From IMG/VR virus record IMGVR_UViG_3300028165_000034, positions 62,001 to 119,354 of that record: DNA of 57,354 nucleotides. One strand, given 5' to 3'. The notes beneath the pieces are model-generated. The model saw nothing but the letters and a program-made list of their open reading frames with translations. It was not told where the DNA came from and did not search any database. Below are positions 35,572 to 44,796 of this stretch, in pieces (positions within the stretch are counted from its first letter, which is position 1; every line of letters begins with the position of its first letter). The position numbers and the translations under genes were made by a program. The stretch comes from an uncultured virus (IMG/VR IMGVR_UViG_3300028165_000034). Taxonomy: Duplodnaviria > Heunggongvirae > Uroviricota > Caudoviricetes.

Positions 35572-38169
35572 ATGCTGTCTCTCATACCTCGCTACTCTCT
35601 TTGGCCGATCGAAAGGAACACGGGTGGGCCACCTCCGAACAATCAGTACGTCTGGTCACAACTTACGTTCAAGGAAGGATTGCCTCTGGATGAAGGTAGT
35701 GAGACGCTGCTAACCCTGGGCAGTGGTGCGTCGATTGATACCAGCGACAGCACCTTGTTGATGACCAACACCACAGATGCTGCCCTCAACGGTATGCCTC
35801 CACCGTACATCAAGGCGAACGAAGATTTCAGCATCGAAAGCTGGGTAGCGTTCACCTCGGTCAGCCAGTATGGTGGTACCATCTTGTCTTTGGACATGCT
35901 CGGTGCTGGCGGTGAAGGCAATATCTCCATGTACTTCGCGGTTCTGCCTGCACAAGCCATCAACTTCCTGCTGACGTCCACAGGTAATCGTGGTGGTGCA
36001 GGTGACGCTACCATCACCAACATTCCAGAGCTACTGCAACCCAAGGCGCACATTGCTGCATGCCGTGTCAACGGTGTGCTGACTATCTACGTCAACGGTC
36101 AGATCAAGTATCAAGGTCCGCACAGTACCGCAGGCTTCTTGTCGACCGAAATGATGAGCATTCGCCGCGGGGCCATCGGTAAGCGCTGGAACATCCGTAT
36201 GATGCGTGGCAAGTCCGCGTACAACGGACCATTCACTCCACCTACAGAACTGCCTGCTCTGGTGTATGAGACTTACACTGAGGAAGAGCAGCGCGGCATT
36301 GTTTTTCAGGCCAGCTTCCGTCGTAACGAGTTTATCAACGAAATCACCCGCGAGCCTTTCACGCTCTCCGGTACCGCTGCGATGCAGTGGAATCGCATCA
36401 TCACGCAGCAGCCTTCGTCGTCTCGCTTCGAGGCCCCATTGGCGTACTTTGGTGCAGGTGATTTTACCATTGAGTGCAAGTTCCGCATCACTCAAGCTAT
36501 GGGTAACGGGCAGTGTGGCGTTATCACACAGTGGGCGTACGGTGGGCAAGCCGGTAACTCGTGGTGCTTGTTCTTCACTGGTGCGTTGCAGCTCCAGTTT
36601 GCCTATGTTTACTCTGGCACTTCGACGTATGCGTTCAACGCAAACAGGCTTCTTCCGAAGTACGGTGCGGACGTCCATGTCGTAGTAGAGAAGGTCGGTA
36701 ACATCGTCTCCATGTACTTCGACGGTGACCTTGTTGGGCAGATGAACGCTCCTCTGCCCATAATCAACAACTCGACAGTTCGGGGCCTGCGCGACAACTG
36801 GGACAGCTTTCCGGCAAACTCGGACGCCCTGCACGTCACCAACATTCGCATCGCAGCGAAAGCGCTTTACAACGGTAACATCGGGCGTCCGCGTGTAGCA
36901 CTGCCGCGCGTGCGCACGCCATACAACGGCCCAGGTCCACAGAAGCCAATCGCCGGTAACTTCAACCAGGGTTACTTTGGTGAAGTGCCAATGAGTGAGG
37001 TCATGCAAGGTGTTGATCTTGCGACGTATCTCGGACTCACCGAAGGTACGCCCGTCAATGCTGACACTACATGGTTGAAGTTTGCTCTCGACGGAAAGAT
37101 CCTGTTTATTCCGAAGAAGCCATTGCGCACCGGTATCTCGTGGCAGGCGCTCTACCAAGCAGGTGCTGTCTATGGTCTGGAGACGGGTACTGGCGTACAG
37201 CCGCTGCCTTCATCCAGCCCTGTGCAGCAGACTACTCGCATCACGACTGCTGGTGGGCACTTCCGCGTTCGCCTCCCCACAGGTGCAAGTCAGAACCCTT
37301 ACACTGGCAACGGTGCTGCGGGTGCGTCTGTATCTGAGTGGACGTTGCTGATGAATCGCGTGAGTGTGAGCGCCTCAGCAGCTACTCGTTGGGCTGCCTT
37401 CACCAATGAAGAGCTGGGTTTGGATGTGCCTGGGTCATGGTGCCAAGAGTACCTGTCAACAACAACCACATCGCGTGTATGTCGTGGTACCAACAACGCT
37501 ATCGCTGGTATCTCGTCGAACACTGGCGCTGTAGCCAGCCAACTTTGGCGTCCTGTCTTGGAGTTCATCACTCCTGACGTGATTCCTCTGGTAACAAATG
37601 GTAAGTTGGAGACCTTCGTGTCGGCGTACGGCTCTCCTGTCTACAACGACGGCTTCGTCCGCTTACCTGCAGGTTCGTATTTGTCAATTCAACCGTCAAG
37701 TTCTATGGTGTTCGGCACCACAGATTTCACGGTTGATATTGAATTCAACTGCGCTACGGCTGCGTCTCAAGCGGGCACGTCCATGATTACCTTGGTATAT
37801 TGGGGTACTTGGGCTGCTCCTGGCAAGTTGGTAAACTGGGAAGTGCAGTACAACACCACGAACGGTTACTTCTATTTGTCAACCGACCACGGAGGCAACG
37901 CGACTTTCTATCGCCTGTACGACTTCCCAGTGCAGATGAACAAGTGGTACAAAATGCAGATTACCCGTGACAACGGTATGATGCAATGCTGGGTTGACGG
38001 TGTGATGATCGGCGAGTTCGCGTTCCCGATCGACATTCAGCTGGACACCCCTTCTGTCATGTACTTCAACCGTCGTCTTGGTGGGAGTAGTGGTCAGGTC
38101 GTGTGGAGTAGCGACATTTCACTCCGCAATTTCCGCATTGCCCAAAAGGGTCGGTCCAAACTAGGCTGA
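35572..38169 (+). CDS. Putative receptor-binding protein C (three LamG-like domains plus WLKF..DGK..PKKP virion domain)
   Basis: N-term MLSLIPRYSLWP; DFSIESW, DFTIECK, DFTVDIE LamG starts; GYFGEV...WLKFALDGKILFIPKKPLR.GISWQALYQAG domain recalled from jumbo-phage virion proteins. Confidence 0.75.
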   Translation: MLSLIPRYSLWPIERNTGGPPPNNQYVWSQLTFKEGLPLDEGSETLLTLGSGASIDTSDSTLLMTNTTDAALNGMPPPYIKANEDFSIESWVAFTSVSQYGGTILSLDMLGAGGEGNISMYFAVLPAQAINFLLTSTGNRGGAGDATITNIPELLQPKAHIAACRVNGVLTIYVNGQIKYQGPHSTAGFLSTEMMSIRRGAIGKRWNIRMMRGKSAYNGPFTPPTELPALVYETYTEEEQRGIVFQASFRRNEFINEITREPFTLSGTAAMQWNRIITQQPSSSRFEAPLAYFGAGDFTIECKFRITQAMGNGQCGVITQWAYGGQAGNSWCLFFTGALQLQFAYVYSGTSTYAFNANRLLPKYGADVHVVVEKVGNIVSMYFDGDLVGQMNAPLPIINNSTVRGLRDNWDSFPANSDALHVTNIRIAAKALYNGNIGRPRVALPRVRTPYNGPGPQKPIAGNFNQGYFGEVPMSEVMQGVDLATYLGLTEGTPVNADTTWLKFALDGKILFIPKKPLRTGISWQALYQAGAVYGLETGTGVQPLPSSSPVQQTTRITTAGGHFRVRLPTGASQNPYTGNGAAGASVSEWTLLMNRVSVSASAATRWAAFTNEELGLDVPGSWCQEYLSTTTTSRVCRGTNNAIAGISSNTGAVASQLWRPVLEFITPDVIPLVTNGKLETFVSAYGSPVYNDGFVRLPAGSYLSIQPSSSMVFGTTDFTVDIEFNCATAASQAGTSMITLVYWGTWAAPGKLVNWEVQYNTTNGYFYLSTDHGGNATFYRLYDFPVQMNKWYKMQITRDNGMMQCWVDGVMIGEFAFPIDIQLDTPSVMYFNRRLGGSSGQVVWSSDISLRNFRIAQKGRSKLG

Positions 38170-38225
38170 ATAATTTAGTCCATAGTCAGATGCTTGGCTA
38201 TGGACTATCCTTTCGGACGTATGCC

Positions 38226-38423
38226 ATGAACGTGAGTTTCGATATTCTACCACCAGTAAAAGCCCGGCTCCAGAAGCAACTGCCCAAGGGTAAGCGCAAG
38301 AAGGAAGCTGATCGTGAACCTGAGTTTGAAGATCAATCTCGGGCAATCCAAGGTGATCTGGCTCGCCGGCTCCATCGGGTGCTCAAGCGTGCGTCTCACC
38401 AGCACTATCGAGAAGGTGAATAG
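38226..38423 (+). CDS. Small basic hypothetical protein
   Basis: ORF downstream of TAATTTA motif, ending 2 nt before the next gene. Confidence 0.5.
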   Translation: MNVSFDILPPVKARLQKQLPKGKRKKEADREPEFEDQSRAIQGDLARRLHRVLKRASHQHYREGE

Positions 38424-38425
38424 CT

Positions 38426-38728
38426 ATGGACGTTAAAGGTGCGTTGACTTCTTCCGTGAAGTGGCTCAAGTGGTTGGGAGCTTTGCTGCTCGGGGTGGCA
38501 GTAGCGGTTGTTGTGCGCGCCTTTCCCAAGGGTGGTAGTAGCTCAACTGTGACTGCTCCACCTCCACCAGATATGACCAAGGCGGATGAAAACGTCAAAG
38601 ACCTGGAGCAACAGCAGGTCGTGATAAAGGACCAACACACGCAGATCGAACAGACCCTGGCTCCAAAGCCCGTCACTCCCGACAAGAGTTTGGACGATGC
38701 TGTGCGCAACTGGAACGAGGATAAGTAG
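38426..38728 (+). CDS. Type II membrane protein, i-spanin-like
   Basis: N-terminal TM, Pro linker, short coiled coil; in lysis-like cluster. Confidence 0.5.
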   Translation: MDVKGALTSSVKWLKWLGALLLGVAVAVVVRAFPKGGSSSTVTAPPPPDMTKADENVKDLEQQQVVIKDQHTQIEQTLAPKPVTPDKSLDDAVRNWNEDK

Positions 38729-38739
38729 GAGCGTACAAC

Positions 38740-39138
38740 ATGATAACCGAGGCAGTCAAAGGGCTACTTGGTGTCGAACCCGCCGTGGCACTGACGTACT
38801 TCCTGTGCGTTGTCATTGGCGTTCTCATTAACTGGGCAAAGCGCTGTCGTGAACTCGATATCGGGCTGCTGGCTTACTGGACCACAAACCCAGTGCGCTC
38901 GCAGACTGCCATCATCGGTACGATTGCAGCGTTTGCGTTCACCATCATCACAGACCCTGAGTCGTCCAAGCTGACGTACATGGCCATTGGCTTTGCGTGC
39001 GACAACTTGCTCAACAAGGTACCTGTGACCGGTGCTGCCGCTGACGTGATCGCTCGCCAAGAGGCTGCGATCCAAGTGCAAGAGGCGAAGATGCAGGAAA
39101 TCGTCCAGCAACTACCCGACGCGCCCAAAAGCGCATAA
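38740..39138 (+). CDS. Putative holin
   Basis: 2-3 hydrophobic segments, charged C-terminal tail; AGGAG RBS; lysis-like context. Confidence 0.55.
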   Translation: MITEAVKGLLGVEPAVALTYFLCVVIGVLINWAKRCRELDIGLLAYWTTNPVRSQTAIIGTIAAFAFTIITDPESSKLTYMAIGFACDNLLNKVPVTGAAADVIARQEAAIQVQEAKMQEIVQQLPDAPKSA

Positions 39139-39143
39139 CCAGG

Positions 39144-39173
39144 ACCCGCAGTGCTGACCGTGCTGCGGGTTTT
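39144..39173 (+). terminator. Hairpin with short T tract (terminator/attenuator)
   Basis: ACCCGCAG...CTGCGGGT-TTT between holin-like and lipoprotein genes. Confidence 0.55.
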
Positions 39174-39189
39174 CGCACAGGTAACGAAC

Positions 39190-39657
39190 ATGAAAATGGT
39201 ATTGGCAGTGCTCGCCTTGAGCGTACTCACTGGGTGCAGCATGACCCAAGTGCAGCCAGACAAGAGTGATCGCTACAGCGCGTTGGCTCCAGTGGACAGT
39301 CTCAACGCCAAAGCTGTCGATCTACCTGCGGTGCCCCAGATCAAGATTCAGACGATTGGCGAGGAGCGCTTCGCCACTCTGGACACTGCTGGGATGAACC
39401 AACTGAATGCCTATCGGCAAGCAGCCAAGCAGAACACCGAAGCGTTGCAGTTACTGCTCACAGCGCACAACGGCTTGGTGACCCAGCGCAACCTGATGCT
39501 GGAGAATCTCAAGCTGGAAGAGGAACGTGGTAACTACTACGCAGAGCGCTACGCTGACACCGAGAACCAGCGACGCCAGCAGTACCGCGAACTCACAACC
39601 GAGCTGCTGATCCACAAGGCAGTCATCATATTCATGGGCATTTTCCTGGTGATGTAA
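39190..39657 (+). CDS. Lipoprotein, spanin-like (o-spanin or unimolecular spanin)
   Basis: MKMVLAVLALSVLTG|C lipobox; helical body; hydrophobic C-terminus AVIIFMGIFLVM. Confidence 0.65.
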   Translation: MKMVLAVLALSVLTGCSMTQVQPDKSDRYSALAPVDSLNAKAVDLPAVPQIKIQTIGEERFATLDTAGMNQLNAYRQAAKQNTEALQLLLTAHNGLVTQRNLMLENLKLEEERGNYYAERYADTENQRRQQYRELTTELLIHKAVIIFMGIFLVM

Positions 39658-40118
39658 TGGACAACCGTATTCAGATCAGCAAGAGCTTCACCATGTACGA
39701 CGTCCAGTTCGACGAAACGGCATTCCGCCTTGGCATCGACAACATCGTACCCAATCAGGACTACGCAGACAACGCGGCCTTGCTTGCCGAGAAAGTGCTT
39801 GAGCCTTTGTGGGCTGAGCTTGGGCCGCAGTACATCACGTCGTGGTATCGCTGCGAGAACCTGGAGCGCGAGTACAGCCGCAAAGCGTTCGCCATGTGGT
39901 GTATCGAGAACAAGAAGCCCATCCGCGAACAGCAGTGGCAAGAGTATCTGGCGATGAAGCAGCACTACACCGCGCAAGCTGTATGCCTGCGTGGTGATAA
40001 CGACGCCATCTTCGCGTTCATCAAATCGCTCAAGGACTTCGACGTCCTGCAGCACAAGGAACATTGGATCAGCGTTTCCTGCACGCTCTCCAACCGTAAA
40101 CGTGTAATCGAAAAGTGA
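39657..40118 (+). CDS. Peptidase M15A-like protein, apparently degenerate active site
   Basis: ISKSFT, A..LGIDN.P, VLEPL, ITSWYRC..L, QH..AQAV, WISVS match the M15_3 layout. Confidence 0.7.
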   Translation: MDNRIQISKSFTMYDVQFDETAFRLGIDNIVPNQDYADNAALLAEKVLEPLWAELGPQYITSWYRCENLEREYSRKAFAMWCIENKKPIREQQWQEYLAMKQHYTAQAVCLRGDNDAIFAFIKSLKDFDVLQHKEHWISVSCTLSNRKRVIEK

Positions 40119-40944
40119 GGAACGGATGCTCACGCTAATCCCAGTCAAGTCAAGCATGCCATCGACGGTTGTTGGACAGCAGACGCTGACCTCTTCGCAA
40201 ACCTTCACTGTTCCAGACGGAGCTGAGAATCTTTGCGTCGTAGCGGTGGGATCAGGTGGTACTCGTGGTGCCAACTATGTCTTTGGTTTTCCCAGCGTAA
40301 CCTACTTCGCAGGTGCTGGTGGAGGCGGTGCACTATGTTGGGCAAACTCCTTACCTGTTAACCCTGGTGATACCATCGAAGTAAAGATTGGTACCCTTGG
40401 AAGTCAGACAGATACGACCATCGCAGTCAACGGCACCGTCATACTGCGCGCTGGTGCAGGTAAGAATGGCGGCAATGGGAACTCAGCCAATGGCGGCACT
40501 CCCCAGCGAACGGGTGGTGCTGGCGGTACGTTCACATCTACTTTGCCTGCAGGTACGTGGGGTGGTGGTAAGGGTGCCGCGGGCTCTAACGGTATGACGT
40601 CAGGTAGCGCTCCACCCTCAGCTGGTGGCGCTGGTGGATATGCGGGTGACGGTGGCTTTGCTAATGGCTCGGTCGGCGGTGGTGTCGGTGCAGGTGGAGG
40701 CGGCGGCTCCAACAAGGGTAGTGCCAGCGGAGGCGTAGGTTTGCAAGGCCAAGGAACAAACGGTCAAGGCAGCTTCACCGGATACTCTGCGCAAGCTAAC
40801 GGTTCCCCACCGGGTCCATTCTTTGGAGGTGCGGAAGCTCAAGGTGGCGCTGTGCGATTCATCTGGGGTAAAGGTCGCGCCTTCCCTAAAACCAGAACAG
40901 CGGACATTACAGAAGCTGCCTAGTACCAAACGTGTAATCGAAAA
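40098..40944 (+). repeat. 17-bp direct repeat AAACGTGTAATCGAAAA (40098-40114 and 40928-40944)
   Basis: Exact match read from sequence; each copy lies upstream of one of the two Gly-rich paralogues. Confidence 0.8.
40126..40923 (+). CDS. Glycine-rich adhesin-like protein D (N-term MLTLIPV)
   Basis: FTVPDG...C.VAVG.GG, GGGGALCWAN, poly-Gly runs, GAVRFIWG..RAFP.T. Confidence 0.75.
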   Translation: MLTLIPVKSSMPSTVVGQQTLTSSQTFTVPDGAENLCVVAVGSGGTRGANYVFGFPSVTYFAGAGGGGALCWANSLPVNPGDTIEVKIGTLGSQTDTTIAVNGTVILRAGAGKNGGNGNSANGGTPQRTGGAGGTFTSTLPAGTWGGGKGAAGSNGMTSGSAPPSAGGAGGYAGDGGFANGSVGGGVGAGGGGGSNKGSASGGVGLQGQGTNGQGSFTGYSAQANGSPPGPFFGGAEAQGGAVRFIWGKGRAFPKTRTADITEAA

Positions 40945-41046
40945 CTGACGCAACATGATCTAAAGCTGTCTGGAACGGTGCCTTCCTTACGGCGATCACC
41001 TCGCAGATGCGACGCACGGGTGTTAAAGGCACCCACAGGAAGTACA

Positions 41047-41934
41047 ATGCTGACTCTAATTCCTAGACAATCCCCCAGCTTGGTCCCAAGACAACCAATT
41101 GGCCAGATCACGATTCTCGAATCTCGACAGTTCGTTGTACCCGACGGGGTCACTATGCTTAGTGCCGTGTGCGTAGGCCCTGGCGGTAGAGCAGGCAGCG
41201 GAGAAAATGGTCGCCGCATGGGTGGTGGCGGTGGCGGTGGTGCCTTATGCTGGGCCAACGAAATTCCAGTAACACCCGGCGAAGTTCTTGATATCGTGGT
41301 CGGTCAAGCCTCGCAAGTTACGGCCATATACAATGCTGTTAGCACCGTGGTGACTAGCGTATCCCGCAAAGGTGTCGTGCTTATGGCTGCAACATCTGGT
41401 CGCCATGGACGCGCAGGGTCGTTTTCAAATGGCAGTGGGCCTGGAGGCCTTGGAGGTACTTACACCCATCATGTGTCGTTGACAAACAAAGGTGGTGGCA
41501 ACGGTGGTAATGGTGGATTTGGTGGTTCTTGGTCTGGTCCGAATGATGCGTCAAGTGGCGGAGGCGGCGGAGCAGCAGGCTACACAGGTAACGGCGGTAA
41601 AGGAGGTAACGGCGGTTCCGGTACTTCTGGTTATTACTCATGGAATATAGGTGGTGCTCCAGACGTCGATAGCGGTGGCGGTACTGGTGTGTCAATGCCA
41701 GGGTCCGGAGGTAGTAGTTACATAGGTGGCGGTGTTGGATTGCAAGGTAAGGCTGAAAATGGAGTACCGCTTAATAGGTCTGATCACGGTGTCCCAGGTT
41801 CGTCCCCAGGCCCTTACTATGGCGCCGGCTCCTCTGGGCCTGGAACTGCTGCACAAAATGGCGCTTGCCGCTTGATTTGGGGTACTGGTCGAGCGTTCCC
41901 GAATACAAAGACAGCAGACATTCAAGCTGCATAA
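41047..41934 (+). CDS. Glycine-rich adhesin-like protein E (N-term MLTLIPR), paralogue of D
   Basis: Same FVVPDG, GGGGALCWAN, GVGLQG, LIWG.GRAFP.T.TADI motifs; AGGA RBS. Confidence 0.75.
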   Translation: MLTLIPRQSPSLVPRQPIGQITILESRQFVVPDGVTMLSAVCVGPGGRAGSGENGRRMGGGGGGGALCWANEIPVTPGEVLDIVVGQASQVTAIYNAVSTVVTSVSRKGVVLMAATSGRHGRAGSFSNGSGPGGLGGTYTHHVSLTNKGGGNGGNGGFGGSWSGPNDASSGGGGGAAGYTGNGGKGGNGGSGTSGYYSWNIGGAPDVDSGGGTGVSMPGSGGSSYIGGGVGLQGKAENGVPLNRSDHGVPGSSPGPYYGAGSSGPGTAAQNGACRLIWGTGRAFPNTKTADIQAA

Positions 41935-41953
41935 CTTCAATCAAGGAATTACC

Positions 41954-42406
41954 ATGACTCAGCAAAAACGCGATGTGTTTCACGTAACAGTCGAAGGTAA
42001 CGAAGACTGGCAACCAACCATCGAAGACATGCAGCAGGTCCGCGACCTGTTCATGGACGCTGCACTCGCTCCAAGTGGTGAGAGCGTGATCGTTACCCGC
42101 CAAGGTATCGAAGTACACCTCGATGTGGAATCTGTTCAAGAAGGCGAGCAGGTTGACCTGATCAGCGTCACTGTTTCCAACGCCTACCTCGACCAGACCG
42201 AGGCAGCCGAGCCTCACGAGGACGAGATTCTGGAAATCTTCCCAGTAGGCAAGATCGAAGGTCATCGCATCTTCTGCGCCTACGACGAAGAAATCTTCGT
42301 TGACGTGGATGCCGAGTATATCTCCAAGCATCCGCTGAATCGCAAAGGCTTCTACGTGACTTACGGCGACGGCCGTGAAGACTTCCTGGTACCTGCTCAA
42401 GGGTGA
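41954..42406 (+). CDS. Acidic hypothetical protein
   Basis: AAGGA RBS; host-like codon bias. Confidence 0.65.
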   Translation: MTQQKRDVFHVTVEGNEDWQPTIEDMQQVRDLFMDAALAPSGESVIVTRQGIEVHLDVESVQEGEQVDLISVTVSNAYLDQTEAAEPHEDEILEIFPVGKIEGHRIFCAYDEEIFVDVDAEYISKHPLNRKGFYVTYGDGREDFLVPAQG

Positions 42407-42410
42407 TCCC

Positions 42411-43049
42411 ATGATTATCTCCATTGCTTCGGCACTGCCGAGCCGTTACGCGATTGGCACCATCGTCTACTTCTATCCCGATATGTGGAACCTGCGTCCT
42501 GAAGTAGCAGACGCAATGGCGCTCAAGGGTCGCATCGACAAGGTGCAGTTCAGCGGCTCCAAGGTCACCTACGATCTAGCCTTGCAGTGCGCCGAGTCGG
42601 ACACCGACGGGAACATCACTGGCAAATACTTCTACGACGCCATCACCGTCAAGGACATTGACAGCACTTTCGTCAGTACCTACGAGGATATCGTCGCTGA
42701 GTGGGAACGCACCCTGCGTATCTGCCGCAACAAGGCGCTCGACCAGATTCGCGTTGCCAATCGCCGACTGGAAGACCTCGATCGTGGCATCGTGATTCCA
42801 GACAACTGGATTCTCGATCCTGAAGGTGTCTGGCACGACCCGAAAGAACAACTGTGCCCAGTCGAAGCGCCTGTCGCTGAGCCTAATGCAGGAGCGCCAG
42901 AGCCACTGACTGCCGAAGCCAGTGACAATGACCCGTTCGCTGCTGTGCGCCGCATGTTCGAGGATCTGTTCACCAAGTTGCGAGAGCGCCGCGAGTCGCG
43001 TGAAGCTCCGCGAGTAGCCTGGAAGGAGCCTGAAAATGGCTGTGCGTAA
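42411..43049 (+). CDS. Hypothetical protein
   Basis: ATG 42411 just after upstream stop; overlaps NUDIX start. Confidence 0.65.
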   Translation: MIISIASALPSRYAIGTIVYFYPDMWNLRPEVADAMALKGRIDKVQFSGSKVTYDLALQCAESDTDGNITGKYFYDAITVKDIDSTFVSTYEDIVAEWERTLRICRNKALDQIRVANRRLEDLDRGIVIPDNWILDPEGVWHDPKEQLCPVEAPVAEPNAGAPEPLTAEASDNDPFAAVRRMFEDLFTKLRERRESREAPRVAWKEPENGCA

Positions 43050-43773
43050 ACAGAGTGGTTGCGTCGTCTTCCGCTACAACCGCAAGTTCGACTACGAAAT
43101 CTTGCTGGTCAAGTCGAGCGACGGTAAGAACTGGGTATTCCCCAAGGGTGGCGTAGAGCCTGACTTGACGCCACAGCAATCGGCGCTCAAGGAGACCTAC
43201 GAAGAGGCGGGTGTTACAGGTCGCATCCTGAGCACGCTTGGCAAGTACGAGTACAAGAAGCAGGGCAAGGACCAGAAGGTCACGATGTACGGTATGCTGT
43301 ACACTCGCGATACAGAAGACTGGCCTGAGAAGCATCTGCGCAAGCGCAAGTGGTTCTCGTACAAAGATGCCATGAAGACCGTACCGAAGTTGATTCGTCC
43401 AATGCTGAAAGCTCTCAAGGAAGAGCGTATGCTCGGCCTTGCAGCCAACAGCAACATGGACAACATCGCCCAGTTCGTGCGTGCGCTGCCCGTGATCGTG
43501 GACAACGCTGGTGAAGTGGACGTCGCAGACGACAACACCGTCAACGTGATCGTCAAGCAGGGTGATGACCGCACCTTGCGTCTGCGCATCGAGGACTGGG
43601 GCCAACACCCTACTGCCGAGAAAGTGACTGTCCATTGGGACTACATGCACGGCAATCACGAAGCGCAGCACTTCAAACACACCACACTGGATAACGTCGT
43701 CGGTGTAGTGAGTCGGGTCATCGGCCGCTTCATCAGCAACACACTCGCCGAGGGACAACCGATCAAGGAGTGA
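43036..43773 (+). CDS. NUDIX hydrolase with C-terminal extension
   Basis: WVFPKGGVEPDLTPQQSALKETYEEAGV Nudix box; WPE..LRKRKW as in the DIPP/Ap6A-type subfamily. Confidence 0.92.
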   Translation: MAVRKQSGCVVFRYNRKFDYEILLVKSSDGKNWVFPKGGVEPDLTPQQSALKETYEEAGVTGRILSTLGKYEYKKQGKDQKVTMYGMLYTRDTEDWPEKHLRKRKWFSYKDAMKTVPKLIRPMLKALKEERMLGLAANSNMDNIAQFVRALPVIVDNAGEVDVADDNTVNVIVKQGDDRTLRLRIEDWGQHPTAEKVTVHWDYMHGNHEAQHFKHTTLDNVVGVVSRVIGRFISNTLAEGQPIKE

Positions 43774-43776
43774 CGC

Positions 43777-44175
43777 ATGAAGATCAACGGCAAGGTGATC
43801 GTACCTACGAACAAGGAGATTCTACCTGGTATCTCCGTGTACACGAAGGACGGTGCATTGAAATCAGGCTCGCTGCGAGTCTGGATGGGCGAGGCGGTGA
43901 CAGATACCAACGGCAACTTCACCGTTGACTGGTCTGCTGCCAAGTTTGCGTCTGCACCGATGCACGTCAGCGTGACCGCAGTTGCTGCGGCACAAGCAAA
44001 CGTCTACGACAGGATATGGGCGACCATGAACTCCAGTTTCAATATGAACAGTGGCTCAGGGTATGCGCTGCGAGGCGCTACTGGTACCATTGCGCTCGGA
44101 GGTTCGTGGACGTCCATTCGCCTTGCTGCTTCGATCAGAGTCCTGATCATGGCATGGGGAATCGTTGCAACATGA
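43777..44175 (+). CDS. Small beta-rich fibre-tip/H-lectin-like protein
   Basis: W.G...TD.NG.FTVDWS.A.F...P.V.VT...IMAWG pattern; AAGGAG RBS. Confidence 0.55.
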   Translation: MKINGKVIVPTNKEILPGISVYTKDGALKSGSLRVWMGEAVTDTNGNFTVDWSAAKFASAPMHVSVTAVAAAQANVYDRIWATMNSSFNMNSGSGYALRGATGTIALGGSWTSIRLAASIRVLIMAWGIVAT

Positions 44176-44372
44176 GCATCATGGGAAATCGTGATACACC
44201 CACAGGAAGTCCGTGCGTTGGCCGTTGCAGCCATTGTGTGAGTGACGAGGATTGCAGAGGGTGTGGCCGAACTCTCGCGGAAGTGCGCGACTGGAATGGC
44301 TACAGCGACGAAGAAAAGATCAGGGTGAAACAACTACTCCCTGAGAGGTTAGCGAAGATCAAGCGAGGTTAA
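44172..44372 (+). CDS. DUF1289-family Cys-rich protein
   Basis: SPCVGRC......DCRGCGRTLAEVRDW signature; ATGA overlap. Confidence 0.85.
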   Translation: MSIMGNRDTPTGSPCVGRCSHCVSDEDCRGCGRTLAEVRDWNGYSDEEKIRVKQLLPERLAKIKRG

Positions 44373-44373
44373 C

Positions 44374-44784
44374 ATGGCTGCCACGATGCGCCGCTCCAAG
44401 ACTCGTCCAAAGAGACGGGCCCGTAATCGCGCTGAGGCGCTCAACATTGGCAACTGGTTTGCGAAGCTCACCAAGAGCAAGCAGGACAAGTACGTCAAGG
44501 ACCATCCAAACTCCATCTACGCCAAACAGAAGCGCAAAGCTACTGACAAGAAGACCCGAGACAAGGCTGCGGATGATCGTATCCACAAGCTAGAGTCGAT
44601 GGTTGCGCAGCTGGAGAAGAAGATCGCGCACAACAAGAAGATCATTGCTGACCAGACTGGCGAGAAGGGTAAGGCCCGTGCGTCGAAAGCTGGCGAGAAA
44701 CATGCGTGGGAATATGCCCGCGAGAACATGGAACTTCGGCACAAGATCAAGGTCTACCAAGACCGCATCCAACGTCTGCGCTAA
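44374..44784 (+). CDS. Basic coiled-coil hypothetical protein
   Basis: K/R-rich; WF.KL....Q..Y...HPNS motif; GAGG RBS; followed by terminator. Confidence 0.65.
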   Translation: MAATMRRSKTRPKRRARNRAEALNIGNWFAKLTKSKQDKYVKDHPNSIYAKQKRKATDKKTRDKAADDRIHKLESMVAQLEKKIAHNKKIIADQTGEKGKARASKAGEKHAWEYARENMELRHKIKVYQDRIQRLR

Positions 44785-44796
44785 TCCGTAGACCTG

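Noticed and set aside
30432..41934. Diversity-generating retroelement or shufflon acting on the adhesins
   Set aside because: No reverse transcriptase, recombinase, TR/VR pair or inverted crossover sites seen in the window; all adhesin genes are co-oriented.
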